25,150 bases of DNA from a virus (lineage: Duplodnaviria > Caudoviricetes), in IMG/VR virus record IMGVR_UViG_3300030331_005526, positions 1 through 25,150 of that record; one strand, given 5' to 3'. The notes beneath the pieces were generated by a model that saw nothing but the letters and a program-made list of their open reading frames with translations, made no database searches and was not told where the DNA came from. Made by a program: the position numbers and the translations under genes. This document shows, piece after piece, positions 8,601 to 18,587 of the stretch. How positions within the stretch are numbered: the first letter of the stretch is position 1; every line of letters begins with the position of its first letter.

Positions 8601-11600
8601 AACCCCAGTTATACGTGGTGATATATTTGGGGTGCATGTGAGTGAGAAAGGCAGTGATTTTGGATCGACTGTAATAAATGACAATTACAAACCATTTATC
8701 AACATTGTGGTTGGGGAGAAAGCATTCCTACAACCATTCATTGTTGATGGGGGTGTAGATCAAATAATTGTAAAAGACGGTGGTGAAAATTTCTTTAGCA
8801 CCCCTGATATTATTATCACTGGAGATGGCACAGGTTGTAAAGTGAAAGCAAATGTGTCAAATGGTAAGATAATAAGCATCAGTGTCATAGACAAAGGTAA
8901 AGGGTATAATCAACTCACTACCACTGCAAGAGCAATTACACCTGGCGAGGGAGCAATATTCTCTAGTGTAATTAAGTCATGGACAATTAATCAAGTAGAG
9001 AGATATGCTAAATTTGGTGATGTTAAGGATGATGATGGTTTTCTTGAGACACCCAGAGACAAAGATTTAGGTAATCCATACGTAAATTATTACATTCCAA
9101 GAAATCTAAGGAACTTCTTGGGTGATGTGGGACAGGATCATTCACCGATTGTTGGTTGGGCGTATGACGGTAATCCAATTTACGGACCTTTCGCCATAGT
9201 TGATGGTAATAAAAAATATATTGAATCAAGTTATCGTAAGTTAGCTGGTCAAAGAGTTGACGGACCTAATATCAGTATATACCCTGCTGGATTTTTCATA
9301 GAAGATTTTACATATGTTGAGGGCACAGGTGATCTTGACGAGCACAATGGAAGATTTGCTCCTACACCTGAGTATCCTAATGGTGTATATGCTTACTACA
9401 CCACAGTCGAACCTATACAAGTCAACAATGCCAATAGTCCTTTTGATGGTGTTAGGACTCCTTTGTTCCCTTACATAATAGGAGATTCTTACTACTCTAC
9501 TTTAGATAAATTCAATACTGCATTTGAATCAACTCAAGATTTAGATCCAATATCATTAGGTTTTGTCAGAAATACGCAAGCATACAACATTAATGAATAT
9601 GATTTTGTACCTAATGCCAACAAAAATACAAATATTATCTCCAAGATAACAAAAACAAAAAATGGTTTTGTTGATAGAATTGAAATCGTAAATTCAGGTA
9701 AAGATTACAATGTGGGAGATAAATTAGTATTTGATAACAGTATTACTGGTGGTTTTGGTGCTATAGGTCAGGTGAATTTTATTGAAGGACCTGGCATAAG
9801 CACTATCACATCAACTATTACAGAGATTGATGATATCGTATTGATATCAAATGGTGACACTGTGACTGGAATACATACAGGTCCTCACAATCTTGCTAAT
9901 AATGCATTCGTAGAAGTGATAGGTATATCTACGTCAACACACACTAATCTAACAACACAATCAAGAATAAAGGTAAAGACTGTAAGATCTGGAATTGGTA
10001 TGAGTATGGGCACCAGTGCTGCAACTGGATTGACCACAAGTGTATTATTAAGTGAGTGGTTACCTGATGTTATAAAAGATTATAAGTTCAAAATTAATGA
10101 TTTAGTCAAGATTGAAAATGAGCAACTCAAGATTTATAATTTCGATTTCAATAATAATAGAGTAGAATTTCTTAGAGCACAGAATGGCACAACTGGTGTC
10201 GCTCATTCATTTGGAACAGAACTGACAAGAATAGAAAATGAATTTACTTACTCACTAGAAAAACCTGTCAATCTGAACACACCAGAAGATGAAATTTACT
10301 ATTTCAATGCTGAAACGTCTGTAGGAACAGGTAATACTTTTGGTGTAGGAATCGGTACCACAGTCACAGTATCTGGGAGAGGTGGTAATCAAACAACATC
10401 ATTCTTTGGAAACGAGACAAAGGATATATTCATACCAACAAGATCATTCTACTTACCAAATCATCCATTTCAAACTGGAGATAAGGTAGAGTACAATCCT
10501 GGTGCTGGTACATCGATAAGATATCAAACAGATGCAATGAAACGTGTCAACACATCATTCACTGCTCCGATGCCACCTGAGGTATTTTTACAAGTTATTG
10601 ACAGAAATCTAGTTGGAGTTGTGACTACAAGAACTGGGATAGGATCTGACTTACAGAGAGTCATGCTTAGTGCAAATGCAGGTATAGGAAATACACATTT
10701 TCTTAAGACCAAAAAAGATGTAGTTACAGGAACCTTAAGAATTATAGAGGTGACAGCAACTTCAAATAATCATACATTTGAAAGGAATGATGTAATTAAT
10801 CTCACTGTAGTGTCATCTGCAACAAGTTCAGTTACAGCAACATACGATCCTGGCACAAGGTTCGTGAGCATAGGTTCATCTGTAAACCCACCTATATCAT
10901 TAACAATCGGTGATACTTTGGAAATAGACACCTCAAGCGTGTCTCTTGAGAATACAAAATTATTATTTTTCTTAGATCAAGATTACAATAAACCTTTTGT
11001 TGGCACTGGTAAATCTGCGATTGAAGTTATTAATAGTGGTATACCTGGCAATGCAGGTTCTAAAACATCCATACATTTTACTACTAGAGTTCCTGATGTG
11101 CTCTACTATAAATTTTTACCACTTCAAAACACAAAAATTATTGAAATCAATAAAGAGATAAAAAATTATTCTAAGGTATTTGTAAACAAGAGTAAATTTA
11201 CTGGTGCACATACTATCCTATCTAAGGACACAAATACTTTTAGTTGGAATTTATTTACTGTCCCTGAACGTGTAGGATATTCTAGCGAATCAAGTTTATC
11301 TTACATCACCAATTCAAAAAATATCAAGGGTGGTGTGGCAAGTGTTCTATTGCAAGGAACTGGATATGATTACAAGGATATACCTCAAGTATCTGTTGCA
11401 TCAACCACAGGATCCTCAGCTAACCTCAAAGCGTTTGGAAGAGATATAGGAAAAATAGATGAAGTAAGAATGGTAGAGACGGGTTATGATTATCCATCTG
11501 ATCTGACATTACAACCACAAGCTTCTGTTCAACAGATAATCAATTTGAAGGACAACTTTGCAGTTGAGAGTGTAGCAATAACATCGACTGGAAAAAATTA

Positions 11601-13881
11601 TCTTACACCTCCAAATTTTGTAATTTATAATAGTAAAACTAATTCAGTAAATGAAAATGCAAAATTTGAAGCAGAAATCAAAGGTGGATCAGTTTCAAAT
11701 GTAAAGGTAATAACTGGTGGTGGAAATCTAAGTGCTGGTGATGTTGAACTACTCGCAATTAATAATTCAAACGGTGTTGGTATCATCAGTGCCACATATA
11801 ATGATCCTAATGTAACACTTAGATTACAGACTCCTCTTACAGGTTTTAACACAGATGTGCCAATGCCATTTGATATTGGTGATAAAGTGTTTGTGGAGAA
11901 TATTGGCGTGAGTACAGGAAATGGATATAATTCATCTGATTTTGGATATAAAACATTTACACTTACAGGAATAGATACTGCTTTTGGTAATTTGAATGGA
12001 GCAACAATCACCTATGTTGTTGACAAAGATCCTGGTTTACATGATTTTGGAAAGTTTGGAACAGTTACTAAAGATAAAGATATTGCTAAATTTGAGGTAA
12101 AACTCATAGAAAGCACATTTCTAAATGGCGAACCAGTTGTATCATCATCAGGAAAAGAAGCAAATGTTGTTATTGGAAAGGGCAAAACAAGAAATGTATT
12201 GAGGGTGGACACCTTAGTAGGATTCAATACAGGTGATGTTATAACTGGTAAATTTTCTAAAGCAGGTGGTACCATAGAATCAACTATAGAATATACAGGA
12301 CATTTTACTCTTGATACATCTACAGAAAAATCATTTGGTTGGGAGAAAGATACAGGAAAACTAAATGATTTCTATCAAAGGGTACAAGATAACGATTACT
12401 ATCAACATTTTTCATATTCACTTAAGAGTTTTGTTGGTATCAACAGTTGGAGTGAACCTGTAGATTCTCTTGCACATATAGCAGGGTTCAAGAAACACTC
12501 AGATTTACTAATCAACTCTGTTCCTGTTGTTGCACCTCAACCATCTGGTATATCATCAGGTACAGGTAATGTTATCATAATTGATTCCGAAGCATCGTTA
12601 CTTGAAACACCTAATTTTGATTTAGTGAGTGAAAATACAAATATTGATGAAAATATTTCAGATGAAGTTAGATTCCAATCAGGAAGATTTGGTGACGCTA
12701 TAATTTGTTCAACAAATAGAGTATTAAGTATAGATGACCTAAGTCCACAATTCTATTCAGATCCAAACCTTGTTAGATCTGTGGAACTTGATACCTTTGA
12801 CATGATCTCAGGAGGACCTGGCGGTGATGGTATAAACGCTATCAAATACTATGCACAGGTTGTGCTTGATACAACACAAGACACATCTTTCAACATGACT
12901 CAATATACTGAATTTGTTGTGTTCCATGATGGCACTGATGCATATATCAACAATTATTCAGAACTTAGCGATGCTGATGATTTGGGTGAATTTATGACTG
13001 AAACAAACGGACCTCTTGCAAGTGTATCTTTTGTTCCAAATAATTCATCATTCAGTTATGATGTCACATTCCATAAAGAAATACTCACAAATGCTGTGGG
13101 CGTAGCGTCAACATCATTTGGATTCCAAGAATATAAAGGTAAAACACTTGCATTGAATGTATTTGGATCATCAGTGGTACAGGAAGTTGATGCGATTGAT
13201 GCCACAATGTACAAATCTGGCAGCATACTTGTTGCAGCAAGAGGACCTCTTGGTGAGAAAGAAATAGATGAATTTACGTGGTTAGCAAAAGGTTCTAATA
13301 ATGTGGTCTTCACCAATTTTGGTAAAATGGATGCTGACACAGATATCGGTCAATTTCAAATCAATATGTTGAGTAATGTATTGAAGTTGAGACATACATC
13401 ACCTGTGGGCATGGCAGTGACAGTGACAGCATTCTCAAGATCAGTAGGAGTGGCACAAACTCATAGTAACACTGGTATCACAGGATCATACGTCATTGGT
13501 GATACTGAGTTAGATGGTTCGTTCACAAATATTGTTGCGAGTGGATCACCCACACAGCAAGTAATATCAACTAAAGCGTATGCTAATTATACAACTTGTA
13601 GATTTCACGTAGAAATACACAACACTACTGATGACGAATATTCAGTGTTTATTGTGGGTGCAAATTCATTTGGTGGGAATGCAGCATTCAACAAATACAA
13701 TAATCTATTCACAGATGATAGTGAAAAACGTAATATGGCAAATACTGACATACATATTACAGGAACTAATACACAATTACGTTTCTTACCAGTTGCAAAT
13801 AAGGCATACACGGTAAGAGTAGCTGAACTCAAAATTGACAAACCAGATTCAGTAGCAAGCGATCAAACTTACAGCCTATAA
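5608..13881 (+). CDS. gp7: Large baseplate wedge initiator gp7-like protein (2757 aa) with repeated beta modules and a YHYH-like segment
   Basis: Located between gp6 and gp8. The N-terminus has FLKQYYISQE and KDFYKSKGTEEAFKILFGALY. A later block, QRVQDNDYYQHFSYSLKS...HIAGFKKHSDL, is typical of T4-like gp7. TAATG overlap with gp6. Confidence 0.8.
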   Translation: MIQTSLTKVKIYEIIESQIPEVIDNENPLFGDFLKQYYISQEYQGGAIDIAENLVEYKSLDFLNTRNLIGFTSITRYTRPNDDIIYVDSTNGWPNQYGLLKIDNEIITYTGIGSTTFEGCVRGFSGIENNNKTNEPEYLTFSNTGISTHGVSARVHNLSNVFLQEFLKKLKKQVLSGFAERKLDEKLNQSNFIRQSKDFYKSKGTEEAFKILFGALYAEKVEMIQPSKFIISPSDADYIVNDVLLCELISGNPLKITGQSLVQETIPLQTSGSIYNVEKSIIGGKTYYKIAISKGTTFGKFQQVGKTFLTQSSPVGSTVLNVDSTIGFGATGRISYEDRNISYTSKSLTQFLGVDPLTSPCGIGSTVKSGIIAFSYEDGDLSFPVTFNILGVLNKFVGDPINQQEDSIINVSQLGKIEKELRYKTWIYNTASTYAVETFLLRNTNNYDFILTAKEFSLYVGDQIEVIDTIQPSIIFNGSITFVYDDDNEFSISVNVPTLDENRKYKIRRILKLQGGITADVQNTYSQFGVPYVASNSLPHWPIDPQKRVRTFSNAGISTTQVEINLPDHNLHDGDLVVYSSSGIGTLTNLNEGEAYFIKKVDSSTVKLAYTGENVRRGQFITAFFGNDIGVTTSHTLTPFSIFGNEMGGQKLLRKFDKPEFGDREKTIQGGVGLFVNGVEAYSYKSSDIVYFGPLQSVEVLNKGTDYDIVTPPRLSVTQDGHTGVGASVIAQVEGKLREVLVDKEGLDYEEIPTVKISGGNNTTAVIKAKMKTVHHTVEFDATSSGGVVNTATDRFVFTKPHGLKDAEEIIYDVNGSSAIGIGVTPGSLVDTAPYFVVKIDDFQIHLSESKTKALAGIGTIDLSTNGGGLQRFKTIARRQKVDKILVEDEGSFKNRELRTISGINTFTDTINIPSHGFNNSEIVKYSSDTSVIGGLTNNAEYFVDKINDDSFRLSNNKELSSYISLKNDGLGTHTFQDPPISIEISGRQGISTDNASATPVIRGDIFGVHVSEKGSDFGSTVINDNYKPFINIVVGEKAFLQPFIVDGGVDQIIVKDGGENFFSTPDIIITGDGTGCKVKANVSNGKIISISVIDKGKGYNQLTTTARAITPGEGAIFSSVIKSWTINQVERYAKFGDVKDDDGFLETPRDKDLGNPYVNYYIPRNLRNFLGDVGQDHSPIVGWAYDGNPIYGPFAIVDGNKKYIESSYRKLAGQRVDGPNISIYPAGFFIEDFTYVEGTGDLDEHNGRFAPTPEYPNGVYAYYTTVEPIQVNNANSPFDGVRTPLFPYIIGDSYYSTLDKFNTAFESTQDLDPISLGFVRNTQAYNINEYDFVPNANKNTNIISKITKTKNGFVDRIEIVNSGKDYNVGDKLVFDNSITGGFGAIGQVNFIEGPGISTITSTITEIDDIVLISNGDTVTGIHTGPHNLANNAFVEVIGISTSTHTNLTTQSRIKVKTVRSGIGMSMGTSAATGLTTSVLLSEWLPDVIKDYKFKINDLVKIENEQLKIYNFDFNNNRVEFLRAQNGTTGVAHSFGTELTRIENEFTYSLEKPVNLNTPEDEIYYFNAETSVGTGNTFGVGIGTTVTVSGRGGNQTTSFFGNETKDIFIPTRSFYLPNHPFQTGDKVEYNPGAGTSIRYQTDAMKRVNTSFTAPMPPEVFLQVIDRNLVGVVTTRTGIGSDLQRVMLSANAGIGNTHFLKTKKDVVTGTLRIIEVTATSNNHTFERNDVINLTVVSSATSSVTATYDPGTRFVSIGSSVNPPISLTIGDTLEIDTSSVSLENTKLLFFLDQDYNKPFVGTGKSAIEVINSGIPGNAGSKTSIHFTTRVPDVLYYKFLPLQNTKIIEINKEIKNYSKVFVNKSKFTGAHTILSKDTNTFSWNLFTVPERVGYSSESSLSYITNSKNIKGGVASVLLQGTGYDYKDIPQVSVASTTGSSANLKAFGRDIGKIDEVRMVETGYDYPSDLTLQPQASVQQIINLKDNFAVESVAITSTGKNYLTPPNFVIYNSKTNSVNENAKFEAEIKGGSVSNVKVITGGGNLSAGDVELLAINNSNGVGIISATYNDPNVTLRLQTPLTGFNTDVPMPFDIGDKVFVENIGVSTGNGYNSSDFGYKTFTLTGIDTAFGNLNGATITYVVDKDPGLHDFGKFGTVTKDKDIAKFEVKLIESTFLNGEPVVSSSGKEANVVIGKGKTRNVLRVDTLVGFNTGDVITGKFSKAGGTIESTIEYTGHFTLDTSTEKSFGWEKDTGKLNDFYQRVQDNDYYQHFSYSLKSFVGINSWSEPVDSLAHIAGFKKHSDLLINSVPVVAPQPSGISSGTGNVIIIDSEASLLETPNFDLVSENTNIDENISDEVRFQSGRFGDAIICSTNRVLSIDDLSPQFYSDPNLVRSVELDTFDMISGGPGGDGINAIKYYAQVVLDTTQDTSFNMTQYTEFVVFHDGTDAYINNYSELSDADDLGEFMTETNGPLASVSFVPNNSSFSYDVTFHKEILTNAVGVASTSFGFQEYKGKTLALNVFGSSVVQEVDAIDATMYKSGSILVAARGPLGEKEIDEFTWLAKGSNNVVFTNFGKMDADTDIGQFQINMLSNVLKLRHTSPVGMAVTVTAFSRSVGVAQTHSNTGITGSYVIGDTELDGSFTNIVASGSPTQQVISTKAYANYTTCRFHVEIHNTTDDEYSVFIVGANSFGGNAAFNKYNNLFTDDSEKRNMANTDIHITGTNTQLRFLPVANKAYTVRVAELKIDKPDSVASDQTYSL

Positions 13882-16800
13882 TGTCTTTTCAATTAGCATC
13901 AGTCAATAAACAATTCAATACTCAAAGTGAAAGTTTTCAAAGGTCTTTCAACCTAACTCATCAGGGTGATCCTATATTTTCACACGAGTTTGATGCCAGT
14001 TCAAGTACAAATGTTCTTTTAGGTTCTGATACAATTGTAATAAAAAATCATTTTTATGTTACTGGTGAGGAATTGACATATGATACGGGAGGTGGCACAG
14101 GGATAGGTATAGATCATACAAGTAGTGGTATTGGTGCTGACACATTATTACCATCATCTGTATTTGTTATCAAAGTAAGTGAAGATAAATTCAAACTGGC
14201 ATCTACCAAGGCATTTGCCCTCTCAAACGATCCTATAGGATTGACCACAGTAGGTGTAGGTTCAACACATAGATTTACTGCACAAAAACCTGATACTAAG
14301 TGTATTATATCAATCGACAATGTTATACAATCACCTCTAATAAGCATCACAGGAACAGCGACCACAACTGAAAATACAATGGTCAATCGTGAGGTAAGAT
14401 TTGCTGATGTCAGAGGATTTAAACAGTATGACATGATACAAATAGGAAATGAGATACTTAGAATTCAAGTTATTGGTTTTGGTACAGAGTCAAATAATGT
14501 ACTTTTAGATAGAGCGTGGATGGGAACTACTGAAGAAGCACACTTGAATAATTCCACAGTAACTTTATTGCAAGGTGATTATAACATCAGACAAGACAAG
14601 ATACATTTTGCAGATGTGCCCTTTGGTGGAACAAGACAATTTGTAGGTGTCTCATCTTTTAATGTTGATGTAACAACAAATAGATTTACTGCATTGACTG
14701 AAGTATTTGATACTGGCACACAAGTAAAACTTAGATCTATTACTCCACCATCACCTCTAGTAGGTAACAGAGATTACTTCATAATAAAAAATGACAACAA
14801 CAACTTTTCATTTGCAGAAACAAAAGGAGATGCTCTCACTGGTGTTGGCATAACACTTACATCTGCAGGCATAGGAACACACAAATTACTTGTTGCTGAC
14901 GTAGTGCAGGGAAGTGAGTTTCAGGGTAGGGCATTTACAAGATCAGATTATAGTGGTAACTTTTTGCTTGATGATTTAGCACCAAGTTTTACAGGTGTAG
15001 CAAAAACATTTACAATGACAAGTGGTGGATCAAATATAACAGGAATCAATACTGATTTTGGTGTTGTATTGATCAATAATGTATTTCAAAAACCAGAGAC
15101 TGATTATGAATACTTAAGTAATTCTGGCATTACATCAATAAGATTTACTGGTAATAATATTGAAGGCCAAACTGAGGTATACTCAACCTCTGATGTCAAC
15201 GCTAATAGATTACCAAGAAGGGGTATCATATCTGGTTTAGGAAATTCTCAAGGTTTTGGATACCAACAAACAATTGCTGGTTTTGGTACAGCAGTTGTCT
15301 CTGGTTTTGGAACTATAACAGTGTCGATGGGATATACTGGTTCAGGTTATAGGGAAGCTGGCACTCAATTTCGTGTCAGAGTTTTAGGTGGCAACCCCAC
15401 AACTGCTGCAGCAGGCACATTCTCAGTGCAAGATGGTAGAATAAAAAAAGTCTTTATGGATAACACGCCAGGTGTTGGTTACACATTTACAGATGTGCCA
15501 TTACTTGAGTTTGATTCTCCTTATGCATATGATGACATCAAACTTATAAGTGCAAATACAGGTATAGGTGCATCTGTTTCCATCACAATTGGTGTAGGAG
15601 ATAGTATCTCAGAATCAAACATCATAAACACTGGATATGGTTTTACGGTTGGGGAGGTGCTTACCATAGCAGGTATTCCTACCAATTTTAGTGCTGGTAC
15701 GAATTTTCAACCTGCAACCTTTACCGTCACTGAGACAAGTGATGATAAATTTTCAGGTTGGGTATTAGGTAAGTTTCAAATACTAGATGATTTTTCAGAC
15801 GAATTCAATGGAAGTAAAAAAATATTTACAATAACAGAAAATAATACACCAGTCAGTATTGAAAAGGCAACAGGAAATCTCATAAGTCTTGATGATGTTA
15901 TTTTAATTTTTATAAATGATGTACTTCAAAAACCTGGTGTTGCATATAAATTCAACGGTGGCACACAAATAGAGTTTACTGAAGCACCTGCGTTTGGATC
16001 ATCATTGCAGGTTTTATTTTATCGTGGCACAGACTCTGATGTTACTGAAGCATCAGCAGTAGAGACAATTACAAAAGGTGATATTATTACTTTACAAAGT
16101 CCACCAGATGACAGATCAATACTCAAACAAAATCCAAGGACTATAAGAGAGACCGTATCAAGAGACACATTACAAACAACAATTTATAAAGCTCAGGGTA
16201 TAAGTGCAACTAAGAGCACCCTAAGACCAGTTACGTGGAGAAAACAAGAGCACGATAAAGTTGTTGATGGTGCTATTGTAAGTAAAGCACGAGGATTATA
16301 TGCAGGTCAAATTTTCCCTGCCACTAGAATTATAGCTGACGTTGCTACAACTGACACCGTGGTGTATGGACAATCAGGAATAATAGGGTTTACCAAGACA
16401 GAGGATCCGAACACTTCAACTTTTGGTGTAAAGATTATTGATACTGATAAGGACAATAATGGTTTCGGCACAACCACGTTTACAAACCCATATAAATCAA
16501 TCTCAGGTGTAACAATGGTAGGTGATCATGGTGAGATTGTTGGAGTTGGTGTAACATCAAAAGGATTACAATTAGATTTTTCAATACCATCTAATTCACC
16601 ACTCAGAGAAAATAATCTTGGGGGTATCACAGAAACTGGAATAGGCACTGGTGATTACTTTGTTGTGAGTAGATCGAATGTATCCAGTGGAGGTATTCTG
16701 ACTGCTAGAACAAGCAATGGGTCTGCTGTTGTTGGAATTGCAACTACATGCCTTGATGGTGTGTATCAAGTAAGTCATATAACCAGAGTTGGATCAACGC

Positions 16801-17009
16801 AAACATTTCGTGTCCACACTGAACTTTCATCTGGTCATGGAGTGGTAGCAAGTGTGGGAAGTAGTGTCCTTGGTTCCTACTCATACGCTAAATTTACAAC
16901 TGGAGCTGTAGGTTTAGCGTTTACCGTGAATACCTTGAATGGTCTTACAGGATTATCCACTGCTCCACAAATCCAAAGAACAACTAAATTGTCACTGGAT
17001 TACACATAA
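13881..17009 (+). CDS. Virion structural protein (1042 aa), probably baseplate; resembles the C-terminal part of large cyanophage gp7 proteins
   Basis: TAATG overlap with gp7. G/T/S-rich. It shares repeat modules with gp7 (KNHFYVTGEELTY, IQIGNEILRI) and has two LDD..F.G..K.FT...IN.V.QKP modules. Confidence 0.7.
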   Translation: MSFQLASVNKQFNTQSESFQRSFNLTHQGDPIFSHEFDASSSTNVLLGSDTIVIKNHFYVTGEELTYDTGGGTGIGIDHTSSGIGADTLLPSSVFVIKVSEDKFKLASTKAFALSNDPIGLTTVGVGSTHRFTAQKPDTKCIISIDNVIQSPLISITGTATTTENTMVNREVRFADVRGFKQYDMIQIGNEILRIQVIGFGTESNNVLLDRAWMGTTEEAHLNNSTVTLLQGDYNIRQDKIHFADVPFGGTRQFVGVSSFNVDVTTNRFTALTEVFDTGTQVKLRSITPPSPLVGNRDYFIIKNDNNNFSFAETKGDALTGVGITLTSAGIGTHKLLVADVVQGSEFQGRAFTRSDYSGNFLLDDLAPSFTGVAKTFTMTSGGSNITGINTDFGVVLINNVFQKPETDYEYLSNSGITSIRFTGNNIEGQTEVYSTSDVNANRLPRRGIISGLGNSQGFGYQQTIAGFGTAVVSGFGTITVSMGYTGSGYREAGTQFRVRVLGGNPTTAAAGTFSVQDGRIKKVFMDNTPGVGYTFTDVPLLEFDSPYAYDDIKLISANTGIGASVSITIGVGDSISESNIINTGYGFTVGEVLTIAGIPTNFSAGTNFQPATFTVTETSDDKFSGWVLGKFQILDDFSDEFNGSKKIFTITENNTPVSIEKATGNLISLDDVILIFINDVLQKPGVAYKFNGGTQIEFTEAPAFGSSLQVLFYRGTDSDVTEASAVETITKGDIITLQSPPDDRSILKQNPRTIRETVSRDTLQTTIYKAQGISATKSTLRPVTWRKQEHDKVVDGAIVSKARGLYAGQIFPATRIIADVATTDTVVYGQSGIIGFTKTEDPNTSTFGVKIIDTDKDNNGFGTTTFTNPYKSISGVTMVGDHGEIVGVGVTSKGLQLDFSIPSNSPLRENNLGGITETGIGTGDYFVVSRSNVSSGGILTARTSNGSAVVGIATTCLDGVYQVSHITRVGSTQTFRVHTELSSGHGVVASVGSSVLGSYSYAKFTTGAVGLAFTVNTLNGLTGLSTAPQIQRTTKLSLDYT

Positions 17010-17012
17010 ATA
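17006..17012 (+). promoter_or_regulatory. T4-like late promoter box upstream of gp8
   Basis: ATAAATA overlaps the upstream stop codon at the only sizeable intergenic gap (35 nt) of the structural module. Confidence 0.6.
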
Positions 17013-17044
17013 ACAATTACGAACTAAAATAGTTTGCAAAAATA

Positions 17045-18583
17045 ATGCCAGCAGTCATCACCGACCAGATAAGAGTTTTGAATGCGACGAATTTCGTAAG
17101 TGGAATTTCGACGACTGACAACAGTTATTATGTTTTCATAGGTCTACCAAATGCAACTTCTGTTGCATCTGATTGGAACTCAAATACCCCGTCACCTATT
17201 GATAATTTTGATGAACATGATAACATATATGATACTCTGATATCTGCCAAAAAAATCACATCCAGCGACGTGTTGAGAGTGATAAAAAAAATAACATGGT
17301 CAAGTGGTACGATATACGAGATGTATCGTCCAGACTATAGTATAAACAAATTAAGTCCTCAAACAAGTTCTACTAATTTGTATAGCACCAATTATTATGT
17401 TATGAATTCTGATTTTAGAGTTTATGAATGCATATACAATGGAGCGTCTCCTTCAAATAGTGGTGGTGGTGTCATATCACTTGAAGAACCTGTGCATACG
17501 GATTTACAACCACGTCAGGAGAGTGATGGATATGTTTGGAAATATCTTTATACTATAAAACCAAGTGATATTATAAAATTTGATAGTGCTGATTATATAC
17601 CTGTGCCAGATAATTGGTCAACGAATACAGACGTAGCAGATGTAAGGAATTCTGCTGTGGATGGTAAGATAGAAACTATCGTAATTGAAGATGTCGCTAA
17701 TGCAACGTATCAATTCAACGGGACGAAAAATGGAGTTCCTATAAGAGGAGATGGATCTGATGGACTGGCATCTGTCACATTCATTAATGGTAAACCTTCT
17801 GCTGTGCAAGTGACAAATGGTGGTAGTGGATACTCATTCGCTACACTTGATCTTGATGCTGTGGTGACAGGTAGTGGAGCATCATTCTCTGTTATCGTTC
17901 CTCCACCTGGCGGTCATGGTGCAGACATTTACAGAGAACTTGGAGCAAACAAAGTTTTAGTATACTCACGAATTGAGAACAGCGATGTAACAAATCCTGA
18001 TTTTCCCACTGGTAATCAGTTTGCAAGAATAGGCATAATTGAAAATCCACAACAATTTGGTAGCACAAACTTACTTACAATTGCTTCTGCGTCTGGTGTC
18101 TATGGGTTGAAATTAGTTGGTGCAGCAACCACCAGTATGTCCGTGAAGGTGGATGGTGAAATAAGACAAACAACTGGAATAGGGTCTACTGCAGTTGGAC
18201 AAATTATAGGATATGATCCAGTAACAAAATCACTACAATATTGGCAAGACAGATCCCTTGCTACCAATGATTCTTCAGGTAATAAACCTACCTACGGATA
18301 CAAACTAAATAGATTCACTGCAAGCCCTGCAACAGGTGGTAGCACAAATGTCGTTGTCACCACAACTGGAGGCACAGAAACCTTATCAATAGATACTGGT
18401 TTTACTGGAGTCTCTACTACGGTGAACTCACAGACATATTATTTTGGTCAAACATATAATAGTGGATTAGCAAACCCAGAAATCAAAAAATATTCTGGCA
18501 ACATAATCTACATTGACCAAAGACCTGAAGTAACTAGAGCAACAAACCAACGTGAAGATATTAAAATCATCTTAGAATTCTGA
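17045..18583 (+). CDS. gp8: Baseplate wedge subunit gp8
   Basis: MPAVITDQIRVLNA, YYVFIG, WSSGTIYEMYR, YYVMNSDFRVYECIYN, DGYVWKYLYTI, and C-terminal YSGNIIYIDQRP..R..NQREDIKIILEF. Confidence 0.92.
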   Translation: MPAVITDQIRVLNATNFVSGISTTDNSYYVFIGLPNATSVASDWNSNTPSPIDNFDEHDNIYDTLISAKKITSSDVLRVIKKITWSSGTIYEMYRPDYSINKLSPQTSSTNLYSTNYYVMNSDFRVYECIYNGASPSNSGGGVISLEEPVHTDLQPRQESDGYVWKYLYTIKPSDIIKFDSADYIPVPDNWSTNTDVADVRNSAVDGKIETIVIEDVANATYQFNGTKNGVPIRGDGSDGLASVTFINGKPSAVQVTNGGSGYSFATLDLDAVVTGSGASFSVIVPPPGGHGADIYRELGANKVLVYSRIENSDVTNPDFPTGNQFARIGIIENPQQFGSTNLLTIASASGVYGLKLVGAATTSMSVKVDGEIRQTTGIGSTAVGQIIGYDPVTKSLQYWQDRSLATNDSSGNKPTYGYKLNRFTASPATGGSTNVVVTTTGGTETLSIDTGFTGVSTTVNSQTYYFGQTYNSGLANPEIKKYSGNIIYIDQRPEVTRATNQREDIKIILEF

Positions 18584-18587
18584 TACG

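Noticed and set aside
4866-17809. Many 60-130 aa antisense or alternate-frame ORFs inside gp6, gp7, the 1042-aa gene and gp8
   Set aside because: These are expected by-products of codon bias in long Gly/Thr/Val-rich genes, with no independent signals.
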